From Nitrosopumilaceae archaeon (GTDB lineage Archaea; Thermoproteota; Nitrososphaeria; Nitrososphaerales; Nitrosopumilaceae), in the NCBI GenBank assembly GCA_965208905.1, contig OZ242365.1, positions 1,760,001 to 1,824,000 on the forward strand: a stretch of 64,000 bases of DNA, given 5' to 3'. Shown in pieces: positions 1 to 9,690 of the stretch (position 1 is the stretch's first letter; the number at the start of each line of letters is the position of its first letter). Both the position numbers and the translations under genes were made by a program. Below the pieces are notes generated by a model. It was not told the origin of the DNA. It worked only from the letters and a program-made list of their open reading frames with translations, and did not search any database.

Positions 1-160
1 TGCGCTCCAACCTATCAAGTCGTCTTTTAAGAGACTCGATTATACATGACGAATACTTTAGATTGTAGCCGCTTGTCGCAACCGAGCGCATTTCCAGATT
101 CGCCCATATGGAATCGACCTTGCGCTCCAATTCATTCAGCCGCAATACCATATCCGTCAT
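1..160 (-). pseudogene. Hypothetical coiled-coil protein running off the window start; its 5' end is cut off by the TnpB TIR element
   Basis: Open frame MTDMVLRLNELERKVDSIWANLEMR...RLDRLER. Removing 171-1636 plus one TSD joins it in frame to ATG 1661 (MGKVEDALT-MTDM), which follows an SD-like GGGGTGA. Confidence 0.6.
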
Positions 161-170
161 GGTTAATGCA

Positions 171-1636
171 GGGAATTATATACAAAAGTACACAACCCAG
201 ATTCTGAGAGTTAATGCCTGAACCACGGATCTCGTCCATACAACTCCCCTTAAATACTAGTATGCCGTATTATATATTATGATACGTATAGTTAAGGTAC
301 CGCTACGGAGGGATGTGTTGTTTGCAGGGTGGGCGCACCGCACGAATCATGCGTCAAGATATGTGTACAACCGCGCCGTATCAGAGTATTTGTTTGGTGG
401 CGAATATATGGAGAGGGTGGTAGTGGACATCCTGCAGCCCTTCAAACTACCGGGCAAACTTAGTTTTACATCAGGTATGCTGGACGATGACTACCATACA
501 TATGATTTTGGGCCATCAAAGAATGTATTAAAGTACGGCATGTTCAAGCAGCTTACGGAGTGGCGCGCTGAACATGCATGGGTATCTGACTTGCCTATGG
601 TGTTTGGTAGGGGCGCCATACAGGATGCCTCTATCGCATGTAGAAGAGTTATACATGACAACTCCGGCCACGCGCCATACCGCCGCAAAGACGGCCGCAT
701 CATATTGAGTTCCGTTACACCGCCTATACAGAAAGGCGAGCACACCATACATATCCCCGGATATGGTATTGTAGAGACCGCCAAGCCCATCAATGTATTA
801 TGGGACATGCGCTCATTCAAGATAGTTGATGTCACCAAACGGGTGGACAAGCATACCAAACCATCAGACCACATGTTTGAGCTGCATATTGCCGTGCGTG
901 TACCGGTCGAGCCGCACCGTAATACGGGTGTAATACGTGGTGTTGATGTGGGCGGCAAGCACCTCGCCGTCACGGTAGATACGGACGGCAACGTCACAAT
1001 ACATGATACAAGACACAGACGCATACTGCGGGAGATTGATGCTCTCAAGAGTTTGCGCGACCGCAAGACACGGCATGGCCGGAAGTGGCATATATTGAAT
1101 GACCAAATAAAGCGGCTATACAGGAAGGCCAACAACATAGCCGCGAACACCATAAATCAGACGATTGCGCAGATAACTAATGGTATGGACGCAGTCGTGG
1201 TCGAGTCGCTCTCTATACAGGATATGACCACACATGGCGGGAATTACAAACGCGCCATGAACCGTTCAATGCGGGAGAACCATGTTGGGGAGTTCCTGCG
1301 CAAGCTTGCGCAGTGGTGCGAGATGCATAACATACCGCTGTTGGGGGCATCGGCCAAATATACGAGCCAGACGTGCCATGTGTGTGGTCACGTAGACTCA
1401 GAGTCGCGTATATCACGCGACAAATTCATTTGCACTAACTGTACCAGGGTATTCCACGCGGATGTCAATGCCGCCTGGAACATTCTGCATAGGGCGGCGG
1501 GGAACGTCGTCCTAAGACGGCCGGGGCACAAGGAGGGCTACAAGCCAACACCTTCTATGCTCCACTCCATACAACGAGGTCGTCAGAAAAGGCTTGAGTG
1601 TGCAGCCGAGGCTGTGTACTTTTGTATATAATTCCC
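171..1636 (+). mobile_element. Non-autonomous TIR element with IS1595-like ends, carrying only tnpB
   Basis: Perfect 24-bp TIR GGGAATTATATACAAAAGTACACA (171-194 / 1613-1636); 8-bp TSD TTAATGCA (163-170 / 1637-1644). Confidence 0.92.
279..1631 (+). CDS. tnpB: TnpB-family RNA-guided endonuclease, apparently intact
   Basis: RuvC-I GVDVG, RuvC-II VVESL, Zn finger TSQTCHVC..CTNC, RuvC-III HADVNAAWNI; the stop codon lies inside the right TIR. Confidence 0.92.
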   Translation: MIRIVKVPLRRDVLFAGWAHRTNHASRYVYNRAVSEYLFGGEYMERVVVDILQPFKLPGKLSFTSGMLDDDYHTYDFGPSKNVLKYGMFKQLTEWRAEHAWVSDLPMVFGRGAIQDASIACRRVIHDNSGHAPYRRKDGRIILSSVTPPIQKGEHTIHIPGYGIVETAKPINVLWDMRSFKIVDVTKRVDKHTKPSDHMFELHIAVRVPVEPHRNTGVIRGVDVGGKHLAVTVDTDGNVTIHDTRHRRILREIDALKSLRDRKTRHGRKWHILNDQIKRLYRKANNIAANTINQTIAQITNGMDAVVVESLSIQDMTTHGGNYKRAMNRSMRENHVGEFLRKLAQWCEMHNIPLLGASAKYTSQTCHVCGHVDSESRISRDKFICTNCTRVFHADVNAAWNILHRAAGNVVLRRPGHKEGYKPTPSMLHSIQRGRQKRLECAAEAVYFCI

Positions 1637-1693
1637 TTAATGCATCCTCAACCTTTCCCATTATTCATCACCCCCTGTATGTCCGGTACAATT

Positions 1694-2740
1694 CTATGAC
1701 TCCAGCCTCATTGGAATGTATTGTTTTGTAATGTAATCCAGTCCCTTCTCGGCAAACGCCTGCAGCTCAACCTTCTGTTTTATCTTAATGAAGTGCTTTA
1801 GTTCGCGCTGCCACATGTCTCCTGCAAAGCGCGGGTCCAGTAGGGTTTGCTTACATTTCTTTATGTCTACCTCCTTCATGGGGATTGTAACTTTAAAGTC
1901 GTACTCTGTGATATCGGTGGCCCACACACCCATCCATTTGGCATTGGGTACGACCAAATCGCGCAGGTGCGCGGACTGCGCAGAGCCGGCAGATATCACC
2001 CTTGCTATGTACATCCCCCACGGGTCTGCATCCGTAAATACGTATAGTGGCAGCTTGAACTGCTTTGTTATTCGGTGCAATACAATACGCGCGTTGCGCG
2101 ATGCCTGGCCGTTCAGGTCTACAATGATTGCCTTGTATTTGTCAACAATGCCGTCCTCGTACAGTCTTGTGAACGTGTCTGTTTTTTCAACGGCAATAAC
2201 ACACTCGGCGCCCGTCCTTACATACTCGGCGGTCGCCAAGGCAGGCGATATGCTCATGCCGTCCGGTATGGCATCCAACCTCATCTGCTTTCCTATATAT
2301 TTTGGGACAGTGTATTGTATCAGCATATCACCGTATATCGAGTTGCGTTCTGCCGGATACACGCCCAATAACTCGCGCGGCGTCTGCGTGACAGCCTCCA
2401 GATCGAATATCGTCTTGTCGGACTCGGACTGCGCATCGAACATATCAGGTAGTACGGACATGGATGCATAATACAGTCCGCGCATCGTAGTTGTCTTGCC
2501 CTGTTGCAGTAGCCCGTCCGATAACGAGGCGGCCCATATGAGCTGCATCATTGATTTTGCCGTGCTTACGTTGCCTGCAGAGCGCTCGGCTACCCCGTCG
2601 CCCAACACGTACTGCTTTGTGGCATCATCATATACGATGTTTGACGTATTGCGCGAAGGCACGCCAATTTTGGGAAACTCGCCCCTCTGTACACTCCTCA
2701 GATACTCCTCTGCCATGTTGCGCAGTTTTTCGCGTATCAT
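1694..2740 (-). CDS. top6A: DNA topoisomerase VI subunit A
   Basis: Catalytic-Tyr motif TMRGLYY, TOPRIM motifs AVEK and FTDADPWG; start at 2740 overlaps the top6B stop (ATGA). Confidence 0.9.
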   Translation of the reverse strand: MIREKLRNMAEEYLRSVQRGEFPKIGVPSRNTSNIVYDDATKQYVLGDGVAERSAGNVSTAKSMMQLIWAASLSDGLLQQGKTTTMRGLYYASMSVLPDMFDAQSESDKTIFDLEAVTQTPRELLGVYPAERNSIYGDMLIQYTVPKYIGKQMRLDAIPDGMSISPALATAEYVRTGAECVIAVEKTDTFTRLYEDGIVDKYKAIIVDLNGQASRNARIVLHRITKQFKLPLYVFTDADPWGMYIARVISAGSAQSAHLRDLVVPNAKWMGVWATDITEYDFKVTIPMKEVDIKKCKQTLLDPRFAGDMWQRELKHFIKIKQKVELQAFAEKGLDYITKQYIPMRLES

Positions 2741-4314
2741 AATACAGCCTCCACGGATGGTGTCTCTGTATTGCATATTGCGGCGGCGCGCTCCGTGCCA
2801 ATCACAAGATACTTGCGCAGTGCCTCCTGACGCTCCCTACTGCGCCTTTCCGCATGTTTTGCGTGTATGTAGGTCTTTGTTTTTTTGCCCAACTCCCATA
2901 CGCCCATCTGCACTTCGCGTGTTATCTCCGGGCGGTCCGCCACACCCTCCTTCCCTACGGACTTGTAGGGGACGCGCGTACTGCATATGTGAACACAAAT
3001 GGCTACCGGATCCTCCTCAATGTTTATGCCATATCGCTTCCAAAGTGCTTTGTTGTGTATCGTACAATATAGTGCATCTCCCTTCTCTCCATACAGTAAT
3101 GGTATGCGGTTCGCAAAACGATACACCCCAGGCTGTTTTATCTTACCCCCATATGCTATACCCATCTCTATGATGCATGGCCAACCACCATACGCGAATG
3201 GCCTGCGTTGTATCGTATGGATAACGTCGGGCTCAAATATAGTCTCCATGCCTTTTTGTAGTAGGCATGCCCCAAGGGGTGCTAGTACAGAAGATGTGGG
3301 CTTACTCCACTTCTCATATGATGCCATTGCATCGGCGAGCAGCACAACATCATTGTCTGAGAGTAGCCATATGGGAGTATCTGGTGGTAGATCCACATAC
3401 GAACAGAAGGACTGCGCGGTCTTGGGCCCGATGGTATCAAACGTACTTAGAAATTTCACAAGCCGTGGAGAGTGTTGTGTAATCTTCTTCACCTCGGCGG
3501 CCTTAAGGTTGTGCTGTACATCAGTATATAGAATGCGGTTGGGCAGATCAAGCGAGCGGACGTCCTCACCATTATACTTCTCATGTATAGTCTCTTGTAT
3601 CAGTCTGGTTATTGTTTCAGCATCCGTGCCCTGTGGGTGGGGTGTTGTGTTACGTGGTGGTTCCGGTACTACATCGGTGACGCGCCTGATGTTGATATTC
3701 TCACCGCGCGGTCCACTATACGTGATATTCGCGTATGGTGTGATTATACCGTTGTATTCGATATATCTGTGAATCTGTGTTGCCGCAAGTGAGTAGTTGC
3801 CGCGCAGGGTGCATCGTATCTCGGTCCCACTATGTTCACGGAGTTCCGTATGCTTTGATTTTATAATTGGTTTGTTGTGTTTTATGTCCAAAGTCATTAC
3901 ATATGTGGTCCAGCGCTTGCCGGTCCCGCTGGACACAACAAACGGGGTACGCGACGTAATCTGCCCGTACAGTATGGCCATAGTGGCGCCCATGCCGAAC
4001 ATGCCGCGCGCCTGCTTTAGTCCGAACTTACTGCCGTACATTATACTGCCAAATACTTCGGGTATGACGTCTGCGGGCAGCCCAGGCCCGTTATCGCGCA
4101 CCGTAATTGTATAGTCTGTCGGGTCTTTGCCCTCCCCCTCTATGCCAAGATATATGTCGGCAGGTATGCGCGCCGAGTCGCATGCATCAAGCCCATTCTC
4201 AAAGAACTCGCGTATGCCTGTGTATATTGCCTGTGTTGGGTTGCCAAAGCCGGCCATATCGCGGTTCTGGCAGAAGAATTCGGATGGCGATATTTGCTTG
4301 AACTTCTCGGACAC
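2737..4314 (-). CDS. top6B: DNA topoisomerase VI subunit B
   Basis: ISPSEFF, GHKL motifs ENGLDAC, DNGPG, RGMFGMG; RFANRIPLLY; VPYKSVGKE. Confidence 0.93.
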   Translation of the reverse strand: MSEKFKQISPSEFFCQNRDMAGFGNPTQAIYTGIREFFENGLDACDSARIPADIYLGIEGEGKDPTDYTITVRDNGPGLPADVIPEVFGSIMYGSKFGLKQARGMFGMGATMAILYGQITSRTPFVVSSGTGKRWTTYVMTLDIKHNKPIIKSKHTELREHSGTEIRCTLRGNYSLAATQIHRYIEYNGIITPYANITYSGPRGENINIRRVTDVVPEPPRNTTPHPQGTDAETITRLIQETIHEKYNGEDVRSLDLPNRILYTDVQHNLKAAEVKKITQHSPRLVKFLSTFDTIGPKTAQSFCSYVDLPPDTPIWLLSDNDVVLLADAMASYEKWSKPTSSVLAPLGACLLQKGMETIFEPDVIHTIQRRPFAYGGWPCIIEMGIAYGGKIKQPGVYRFANRIPLLYGEKGDALYCTIHNKALWKRYGINIEEDPVAICVHICSTRVPYKSVGKEGVADRPEITREVQMGVWELGKKTKTYIHAKHAERRSRERQEALRKYLVIGTERAAAICNTETPSVEAVL

Positions 4315-4433
4315 ATGGGCACAGCATATTCATTCCTTTTAAGGCGGGTGCTGGCTTGAGGGTGTCAGGAACTTATGAATCTACAAAACATGGTGAAGTG
4401 GTAAGTTAACAGCCGCTTGGAATATGATCGTTT

Positions 4434-5036
4434 TTATTTGAGTGGGGTAGTGATAACAATCGTTGGCGGCATTATGTTTGGTATAGTGTGTGGATTAACA
4501 GCACCAATTGCACCATGACCTACACTAATAACCGTGCTTGAAGACAAAGAATCTTGAAGCAAATCTGGGACTTGAAGTATGATTGTTCTTGCGTTCATAT
4601 CTTGTATAACCGTGGCATTGCCAAGATTGTGTGCATCAAACCCGGCATATGCGGTGATGCTAGTCTTGTCAAGCGAAATAACTTCACGTGCAAACAGGAG
4701 AAATAGAATGCCAGTTTCAGGATCGTATGTAGCCTCAACTAACCAGAGCCAGTGTATGTCATCGGTATAATGCAACAAAAATGGTGATAAAATTATACAC
4801 AATACTCCCAAGACAAGTATGGTGGCAATTACAACTATAAGATGTGATTTTGCCATTACTTTTTTGTTGTACATTAAGTATGCAATAACCGCAAAAGGAA
4901 CAGCAGACATAATTAGGAATATGTGTCCAACGTTAGACCCACTCAATCCAACATGAGTATACCACACCGTGCCAACACCACTTAATATAAGCAGAAAAAT
5001 TCCAATTGGTTTTCCAAAATAAAAAAATACTTTCAT
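4434..5036 (-). CDS. Hypothetical membrane protein (3-4 TM helices)
   Basis: 200-aa ORF with hydrophobic N-terminal segments; AT-rich. Confidence 0.6.
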   Translation of the reverse strand: MKVFFYFGKPIGIFLLILSGVGTVWYTHVGLSGSNVGHIFLIMSAVPFAVIAYLMYNKKVMAKSHLIVVIATILVLGVLCIILSPFLLHYTDDIHWLWLVEATYDPETGILFLLFAREVISLDKTSITAYAGFDAHNLGNATVIQDMNARTIILQVPDLLQDSLSSSTVISVGHGAIGAVNPHTIPNIMPPTIVITTPLK

Positions 5037-5040
5037 ACCT

Positions 5041-5757
5041 CTACCTAGATATAACTAGGTCGTAAGCAAAATTGCCGTAAAAGCTGTGAGTGTTTGCGCT
5101 ACTTGGTACATCTGTATGGTACGTACCGGTGTTCTGCTGTGAGAATAACGTTCCTTCCATTAATGAGTAGTTGAGCGCAAGGTGTGAGAATGCCCATTCA
5201 GCAAACCACCATCGGTATGTTAATGGAGCATCCCAGTCTATGGTTGCCCTATTGTTATCCACTTCTACGTCAACTGAATATGACTTCCCGTCCCACGTTG
5301 TGCCGCTAGAATGTAGATCAGTGGTGATGCTACCACTATCTGAAACGGGAAGTATGCCATACCTACCATTAGAGATATACAGATCAGATGATCCTTCTGA
5401 TTCTATACGTGTAAATGTTTGGTTAAAGTCACTACTAGTAACACTATATGCATTATCGGACAATATTTTGATGGTGTAGGAATAGTGCGATGTAAGAGAT
5501 CCGTTGATATACTTTTGTGTAGTTACGGAATAGGTATCAGAGGATGGATTAAGTATTTCAAAAGTAATGTCCATGCTAGTCGACTCATAATTATATGAAT
5601 TGGTTGTTCTGCCCGTATTGGCAATCAGCTGATCCATATATCTATTTAAGGTTGGTTCATAAATCAGGCTCTCACTTTCAGCATAAGCATCGCCTGCTAT
5701 CACTACTAATGCTCCCAATACTGCGAACGTAAGTAAGTGTATGTACTTGATATACAT
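5041..5757 (-). CDS. Hypothetical secreted S/T/Y-rich protein
   Basis: 238-aa ORF with a signal peptide ending AYA; 4 bp upstream of the membrane-protein gene. Confidence 0.65.
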   Translation of the reverse strand: MYIKYIHLLTFAVLGALVVIAGDAYAESESLIYEPTLNRYMDQLIANTGRTTNSYNYESTSMDITFEILNPSSDTYSVTTQKYINGSLTSHYSYTIKILSDNAYSVTSSDFNQTFTRIESEGSSDLYISNGRYGILPVSDSGSITTDLHSSGTTWDGKSYSVDVEVDNNRATIDWDAPLTYRWWFAEWAFSHLALNYSLMEGTLFSQQNTGTYHTDVPSSANTHSFYGNFAYDLVISR

Positions 5758-6044
5758 TACGTTCCTACTCTATTAGAGACTTTATAACATTTCACTAGTA
5801 TTCCAAATATATGTTATACAAGAATAGACTTGATGCGCAGTTAGCCGTAGGCTGCCCACCAGCCTGCCCCCGCATCTATCACGGCGGTTATCCTTTTCTC
5901 TAAAAGTTTTGTGGTGGTCTTGACCTGGGCGGGATCCGTGAGCCTGGGCGCCACTACGGCATGCGCAGATGATTTCACAACCCACGTCTATACTCAACGG
6001 CTGTGGAGTGGACCCCGTTCTTTAGAACCGATTTTCGCAACATT

Positions 6045-6902
6045 TTATTCACACTTTTTACCCCCTGCATATATGCTATCCCTTGAGTTCTGCCAATATT
6101 GTTCGGCGAACTCAGAAGGTGCCAAGTACTGTATAGAAGAGTGAATTCTGTTATGATTGTAATCTTCAAATGCAGCGAGTATTGTCTCTTTGGCTTCCTG
6201 AATGTTCGCAAACTCACGGGGCCAGACGTACTCCTTTTTGAGTGTCTTGTGGAAGGATTCGATATGTCCGTTTTGTTCGGGAGTGTTGATGTAGATGTAT
6301 TCAAGAGTAATTCCCAACGCTGCCATTGATGATCTAAATTCCCGACTAGTGTATTGAGTTCCATTATCGACTCTCAAAGTCAATCCCGGTAATGTTGGAT
6401 TGGAGTCGGCTACGGCATTATTTACGGCCATGATAGCCTCGTGTCGTGTGGCACGACTCTCCAATACAAATGCCAACCATTGCCTGGTAAAGACGTCGAT
6501 TACATTAAAACAGTAACCCCATCCGTCTCTACCGCACCAGATGTATGACATGTCCGATTCCCGGAACTGATTTGGAGCCTTTGGTTTTGGAATCTTTTTA
6601 TTGGTACGTATTATCTCACGCTTGGTACGTGATGGTTTACTCCATCCCAGTGCTTTGAATATACGTTTTATTGCCTTGCGGTTGATGGGACGATTCAACT
6701 CTCGTGAGGCTTGGGCAGCCATACGTCTTGTCCCATATGTCGGTCTTTTAGGTGCAATCTTTTGTACAATCTCTAGTACTTCGGGGTCCGATGACACGTT
6801 TCTGGGTGTAGGGGCATAATACCGTGCAGTTTTGGAGACTCCGCAAAGAGCGAGTGACCTATTGAGGTCCAACACGTCATGTATGATACGTGCGGCGTTC
6901 AT
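6045..6902 (-). CDS. IS3 transposase OrfB (rve integrase core)
   Basis: YGTRR, ESDMSY, VDNG, PEQNGHIESF; -1 frame relative to orfA, with an A7G slippery run near 6922-6929. Confidence 0.9.
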   Translation of the reverse strand: MNAARIIHDVLDLNRSLALCGVSKTARYYAPTPRNVSSDPEVLEIVQKIAPKRPTYGTRRMAAQASRELNRPINRKAIKRIFKALGWSKPSRTKREIIRTNKKIPKPKAPNQFRESDMSYIWCGRDGWGYCFNVIDVFTRQWLAFVLESRATRHEAIMAVNNAVADSNPTLPGLTLRVDNGTQYTSREFRSSMAALGITLEYIYINTPEQNGHIESFHKTLKKEYVWPREFANIQEAKETILAAFEDYNHNRIHSSIQYLAPSEFAEQYWQNSRDSIYAGGKKCE

Positions 6903-7213
6903 TCTGCCTCGCCCTCCAGCGCTTTTTTTAAAGCATCATTAGCCACGGCATACTCTCCGATGATTCTCTTAAGTGATGTAATCTCCTTTTTGTGCTTCTT
7001 GGCCTGTTTGGAAGCGTTAGAACCCTCAAACGAGCTGCGTCCGCCATCTAGAAACTTTTCTTTCCAATCGTATACGGTTCGTGGGGCCAAGTTGTGTTCG
7101 CGGCATATCTCGGCCATACTGGTCCTGGGATTGAATGTCTGGAGTACTATGTGGATCTTTTCATCTGTACTCAACTTTGATTTTTTATTTGTCATATGGT
7201 GTGTGCCCCCCAA
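6899..7213 (-). CDS. IS3 transposase OrfA (HTH)
   Basis: EKIHIVL..AEICREHNL..YDWKEKF followed by a leucine zipper. Confidence 0.88.
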   Translation of the reverse strand: MGGTHHMTNKKSKLSTDEKIHIVLQTFNPRTSMAEICREHNLAPRTVYDWKEKFLDGGRSSFEGSNASKQAKKHKKEITSLKRIIGEYAVANDALKKALEGEAE

Positions 7214-7283
7214 TTGCTAAAGTGTGCATCGACGATCGGTCTTATTCTAGCGGGGTCCGCGCCAAGAGGCAGTATGGCTACGC

Positions 7284-7643
7284 ATGGATGCAGCGCGGAC
7301 CATGTGCGATATAGCGGACGGATTCAGGGCAGCAGGTAAGGATTATCAGGAGCGTGTGGATAAGGCCTTTGAGATATGCGCCGACTCGGCAGATGCATAT
7401 TGGTTGGCCACCGGCAGGCTAGAGCAGCTCGGGTTTATTCCTGATATGACAATTAAATTTTCCGAGAAGGCGTACGAGTTGGCGAATACCGTTGACACTG
7501 CGTATGAAGTTGGCATGACGTATTTCAAACTAAAACGGTACAAGGATGCCAAAGAGTGGCTCAAAAAGGCTGAAAAGCACGACCCTAGCGACACGGATGT
7601 GAAGATTGCGTTGGAGAGTGTGGAAAATTATACCAGTACATAA
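7284..7643 (+). CDS. Tetratricopeptide-repeat protein
   Basis: YEVGMTYFKLKRYKDAKEWLKKAEKHDP matches a TPR pattern. Confidence 0.7.
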   Translation: MDAARTMCDIADGFRAAGKDYQERVDKAFEICADSADAYWLATGRLEQLGFIPDMTIKFSEKAYELANTVDTAYEVGMTYFKLKRYKDAKEWLKKAEKHDPSDTDVKIALESVENYTST

Positions 7644-7740
7644 TATTAACTCCTCACTGATGTCCGCATACTACAGTTGATGGGCGGATCCGGTCATACA
7701 TTACACGCGACCTAATTTCAGTTCTGCACACCTAGACTCC

Positions 7741-7778
7741 GGGTCAGCACTTTCCCTAGGTCAGCATTTCTTCCCAGC
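7741..7778 (+). repeat. Partial copy of the dispersed intergenic repeat
   Basis: CTAGGTCAGCATTTC (7756-7770) is the exact reverse complement of 13467-13481. Confidence 0.55.
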
Positions 7779-7880
7779 CCCTGCGCAAGTTAACGATAAA
7801 CCTCGTTAATTCTCCACCCGTTTTTGCTGGAAGAACCCGATGTGTAGGGAGTATCATCATACTGCCGAAGTCAATTGCAC

Positions 7881-9431
7881 TCAAGAGATACCTATCGACA
7901 CGCCATTCTCCTGCATCCTACGGAGTGTATGCGACACGGCAAGGTCGGCTAGCATACGCTTGTTGGCGCACAACACCAACTCGATAATCTGAACTCCTGA
8001 TTCCGTGGGATTCCCATCGGATGATGCACGATCGAACACCCCATAGGGATCCTCCACCAAACCACCGGCGGCCTCGCATGTGCGCAACATCAACTGCTCC
8101 CACGTATCTTGGTCAACAGACTCGGCCAACCCCCAAACGCCAAAGCCGTACAGTGCCTCCGGCTCCGGTGATGAGTCTAATACAGATTCCCAGAATTGCA
8201 CGGCGCGTTTCACAAATTCCCCCATACCGTCCTGCATAATGAGCCATCCACATTCGTGGCCGGCAATTGATACGGCATCGGGCCCCATACTAATCAAAGC
8301 CCTTACCGAGCCGTCTATCTCGTAGCCGCGCGAACCATGCAACATATGGTTGATAAAATCGTTCATGAGGTCGTTTCCTTCCGCCCGGCTTCCCGTTTCA
8401 GATTCCAATTTCCTCACTGTCCGCATCTCTTCACCCAGCGCCTCCAGTACAAGCGCATGGTACTTCTCCATAGTCGGCCTGTCCAAGGAGGTGATATGTG
8501 AGTAGACGCGCATCAAAACCACGTTCATGCCGTCTGGAGAATCTTCCCCAAAGAGTAGTGATTCGTTTTCTTTGTACCAATCCGGTAGTGCCCAGCGTAA
8601 AACATTCAACGCGCAACCAAGCACAATTCGGTGTTCCCTTCCTTCCTGCCCGCCAAGCCTTGCAACGGCGGTTAGCGTTTCTAGCACCTCCGGTGGCGTC
8701 CCGTTACGCAACCTTGTCACCACATATGTGAGACAGAAAAACGCCTGAAGGTGCAGCCTGTTGTCAATCTCGTCGTGACTCAACTTGTAGCACTCATAAT
8801 CTTCATATTGACCAGGCATAATAGCCTGCAATATGCGGCCTATGTCTTTCAGCACGCCTGCGCCAAACTCAACCTTCTCATTCCTCAATAGATTCTCAAG
8901 CGTATGCATAATATCTGAAACCGCTTCACGCCAACCAGATTCATCGTCTGCTCTCTCAGTACGGGACGCTACATACTGTTTCACGACATGAAGTATTATT
9001 GGCGCCAGGCTCTCCGTCTTCACACCGTTGGCACTCCACAACCCTCTAAAGTACGCGCTCGCGTATGCCGGGTAGTATAACGCCCCTATTACGTGGTCGG
9101 GGTCGGCAGTCCACTTTTCGGTGTTGTTTTGTACGGCCTCCCTCAACTCATCAGATGTTCCAGAGAATGGCGTGTGTGCATGGTTCGGCTTTTGTGAATG
9201 GCGCGACTTCACAGATTTTACATATGTGGGTTTACACCCAAGGATGCTACACAGTTCTTTGGCTGCGTCCAGGCGGCCTTTGCCGCCATAATATATCGAA
9301 CATTGTTCTACGCCCAATAACACAACGCATCTTTCGTCCACCCCGCAATACCACCAATCATCTCCCGGCTCCATCATACTAGGTCGGGTGCCAATACGGG
9401 TGATCGTCCAAATAATACTCCCAAAATGCAT
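7881..9431 (-). CDS. Hypothetical helical protein, possibly a fragment of a larger protein
   Basis: 516-aa open frame with no recognised motif. Confidence 0.6.
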   Translation of the reverse strand: MHFGSIIWTITRIGTRPSMMEPGDDWWYCGVDERCVVLLGVEQCSIYYGGKGRLDAAKELCSILGCKPTYVKSVKSRHSQKPNHAHTPFSGTSDELREAVQNNTEKWTADPDHVIGALYYPAYASAYFRGLWSANGVKTESLAPIILHVVKQYVASRTERADDESGWREAVSDIMHTLENLLRNEKVEFGAGVLKDIGRILQAIMPGQYEDYECYKLSHDEIDNRLHLQAFFCLTYVVTRLRNGTPPEVLETLTAVARLGGQEGREHRIVLGCALNVLRWALPDWYKENESLLFGEDSPDGMNVVLMRVYSHITSLDRPTMEKYHALVLEALGEEMRTVRKLESETGSRAEGNDLMNDFINHMLHGSRGYEIDGSVRALISMGPDAVSIAGHECGWLIMQDGMGEFVKRAVQFWESVLDSSPEPEALYGFGVWGLAESVDQDTWEQLMLRTCEAAGGLVEDPYGVFDRASSDGNPTESGVQIIELVLCANKRMLADLAVSHTLRRMQENGVSIGIS

Positions 9432-9573
9432 AAAAGTACATCAAGTATATGGTAATTGACCTGAACCAGAATGCATTACCTCAGTATCGTCAGGATGTGT
9501 TATCCATCCTTTACACATGAGAGTTTATCCCGCCCAACTGAAATAATAAATATCAGAGATGCCTATACGTATT

Positions 9574-9690
9574 ATGGCAATCACGCAAGAGGATTACAAT
9601 CGCATACAGGCAGATATTAATGAGTTGAATGCGCGTTTAGATGACATACGTGAAGGCCTCGCCGAGGTCAGAAAACTACTACATGCCTAA
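9574..9690 (+). CDS. 38-aa helical microprotein (module copy 1, gene A)
   Basis: MAITQEDYNRIQADINELNARLDDIREGLAEVRKLLHA; AT-rich TATA-like box ~25 bp upstream; paralogue at 18502. Confidence 0.75.
   Translation: MAITQEDYNRIQADINELNARLDDIREGLAEVRKLLHA

Larger units (their letters stand above)
6004..7264 (-). mobile_element. IS3-family insertion sequence
   Basis: TG...CA ends with imperfect IR TGGAGTGGACCCC / TGGCGCGGACCCC; orfA plus orfB. Confidence 0.88.

Noticed and set aside
1-130. TGCGCTCCAA repeated at 1 and 121
   Set aside because: Explained by repeated LER codons in the minus-strand coiled-coil ORF.
491-4342. Long antisense ORFs (e.g. 491-1153, 1788-2471, 2999-3772) and similar ones elsewhere
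   Set aside because: Shadow frames of well-supported genes, with no motifs of their own.
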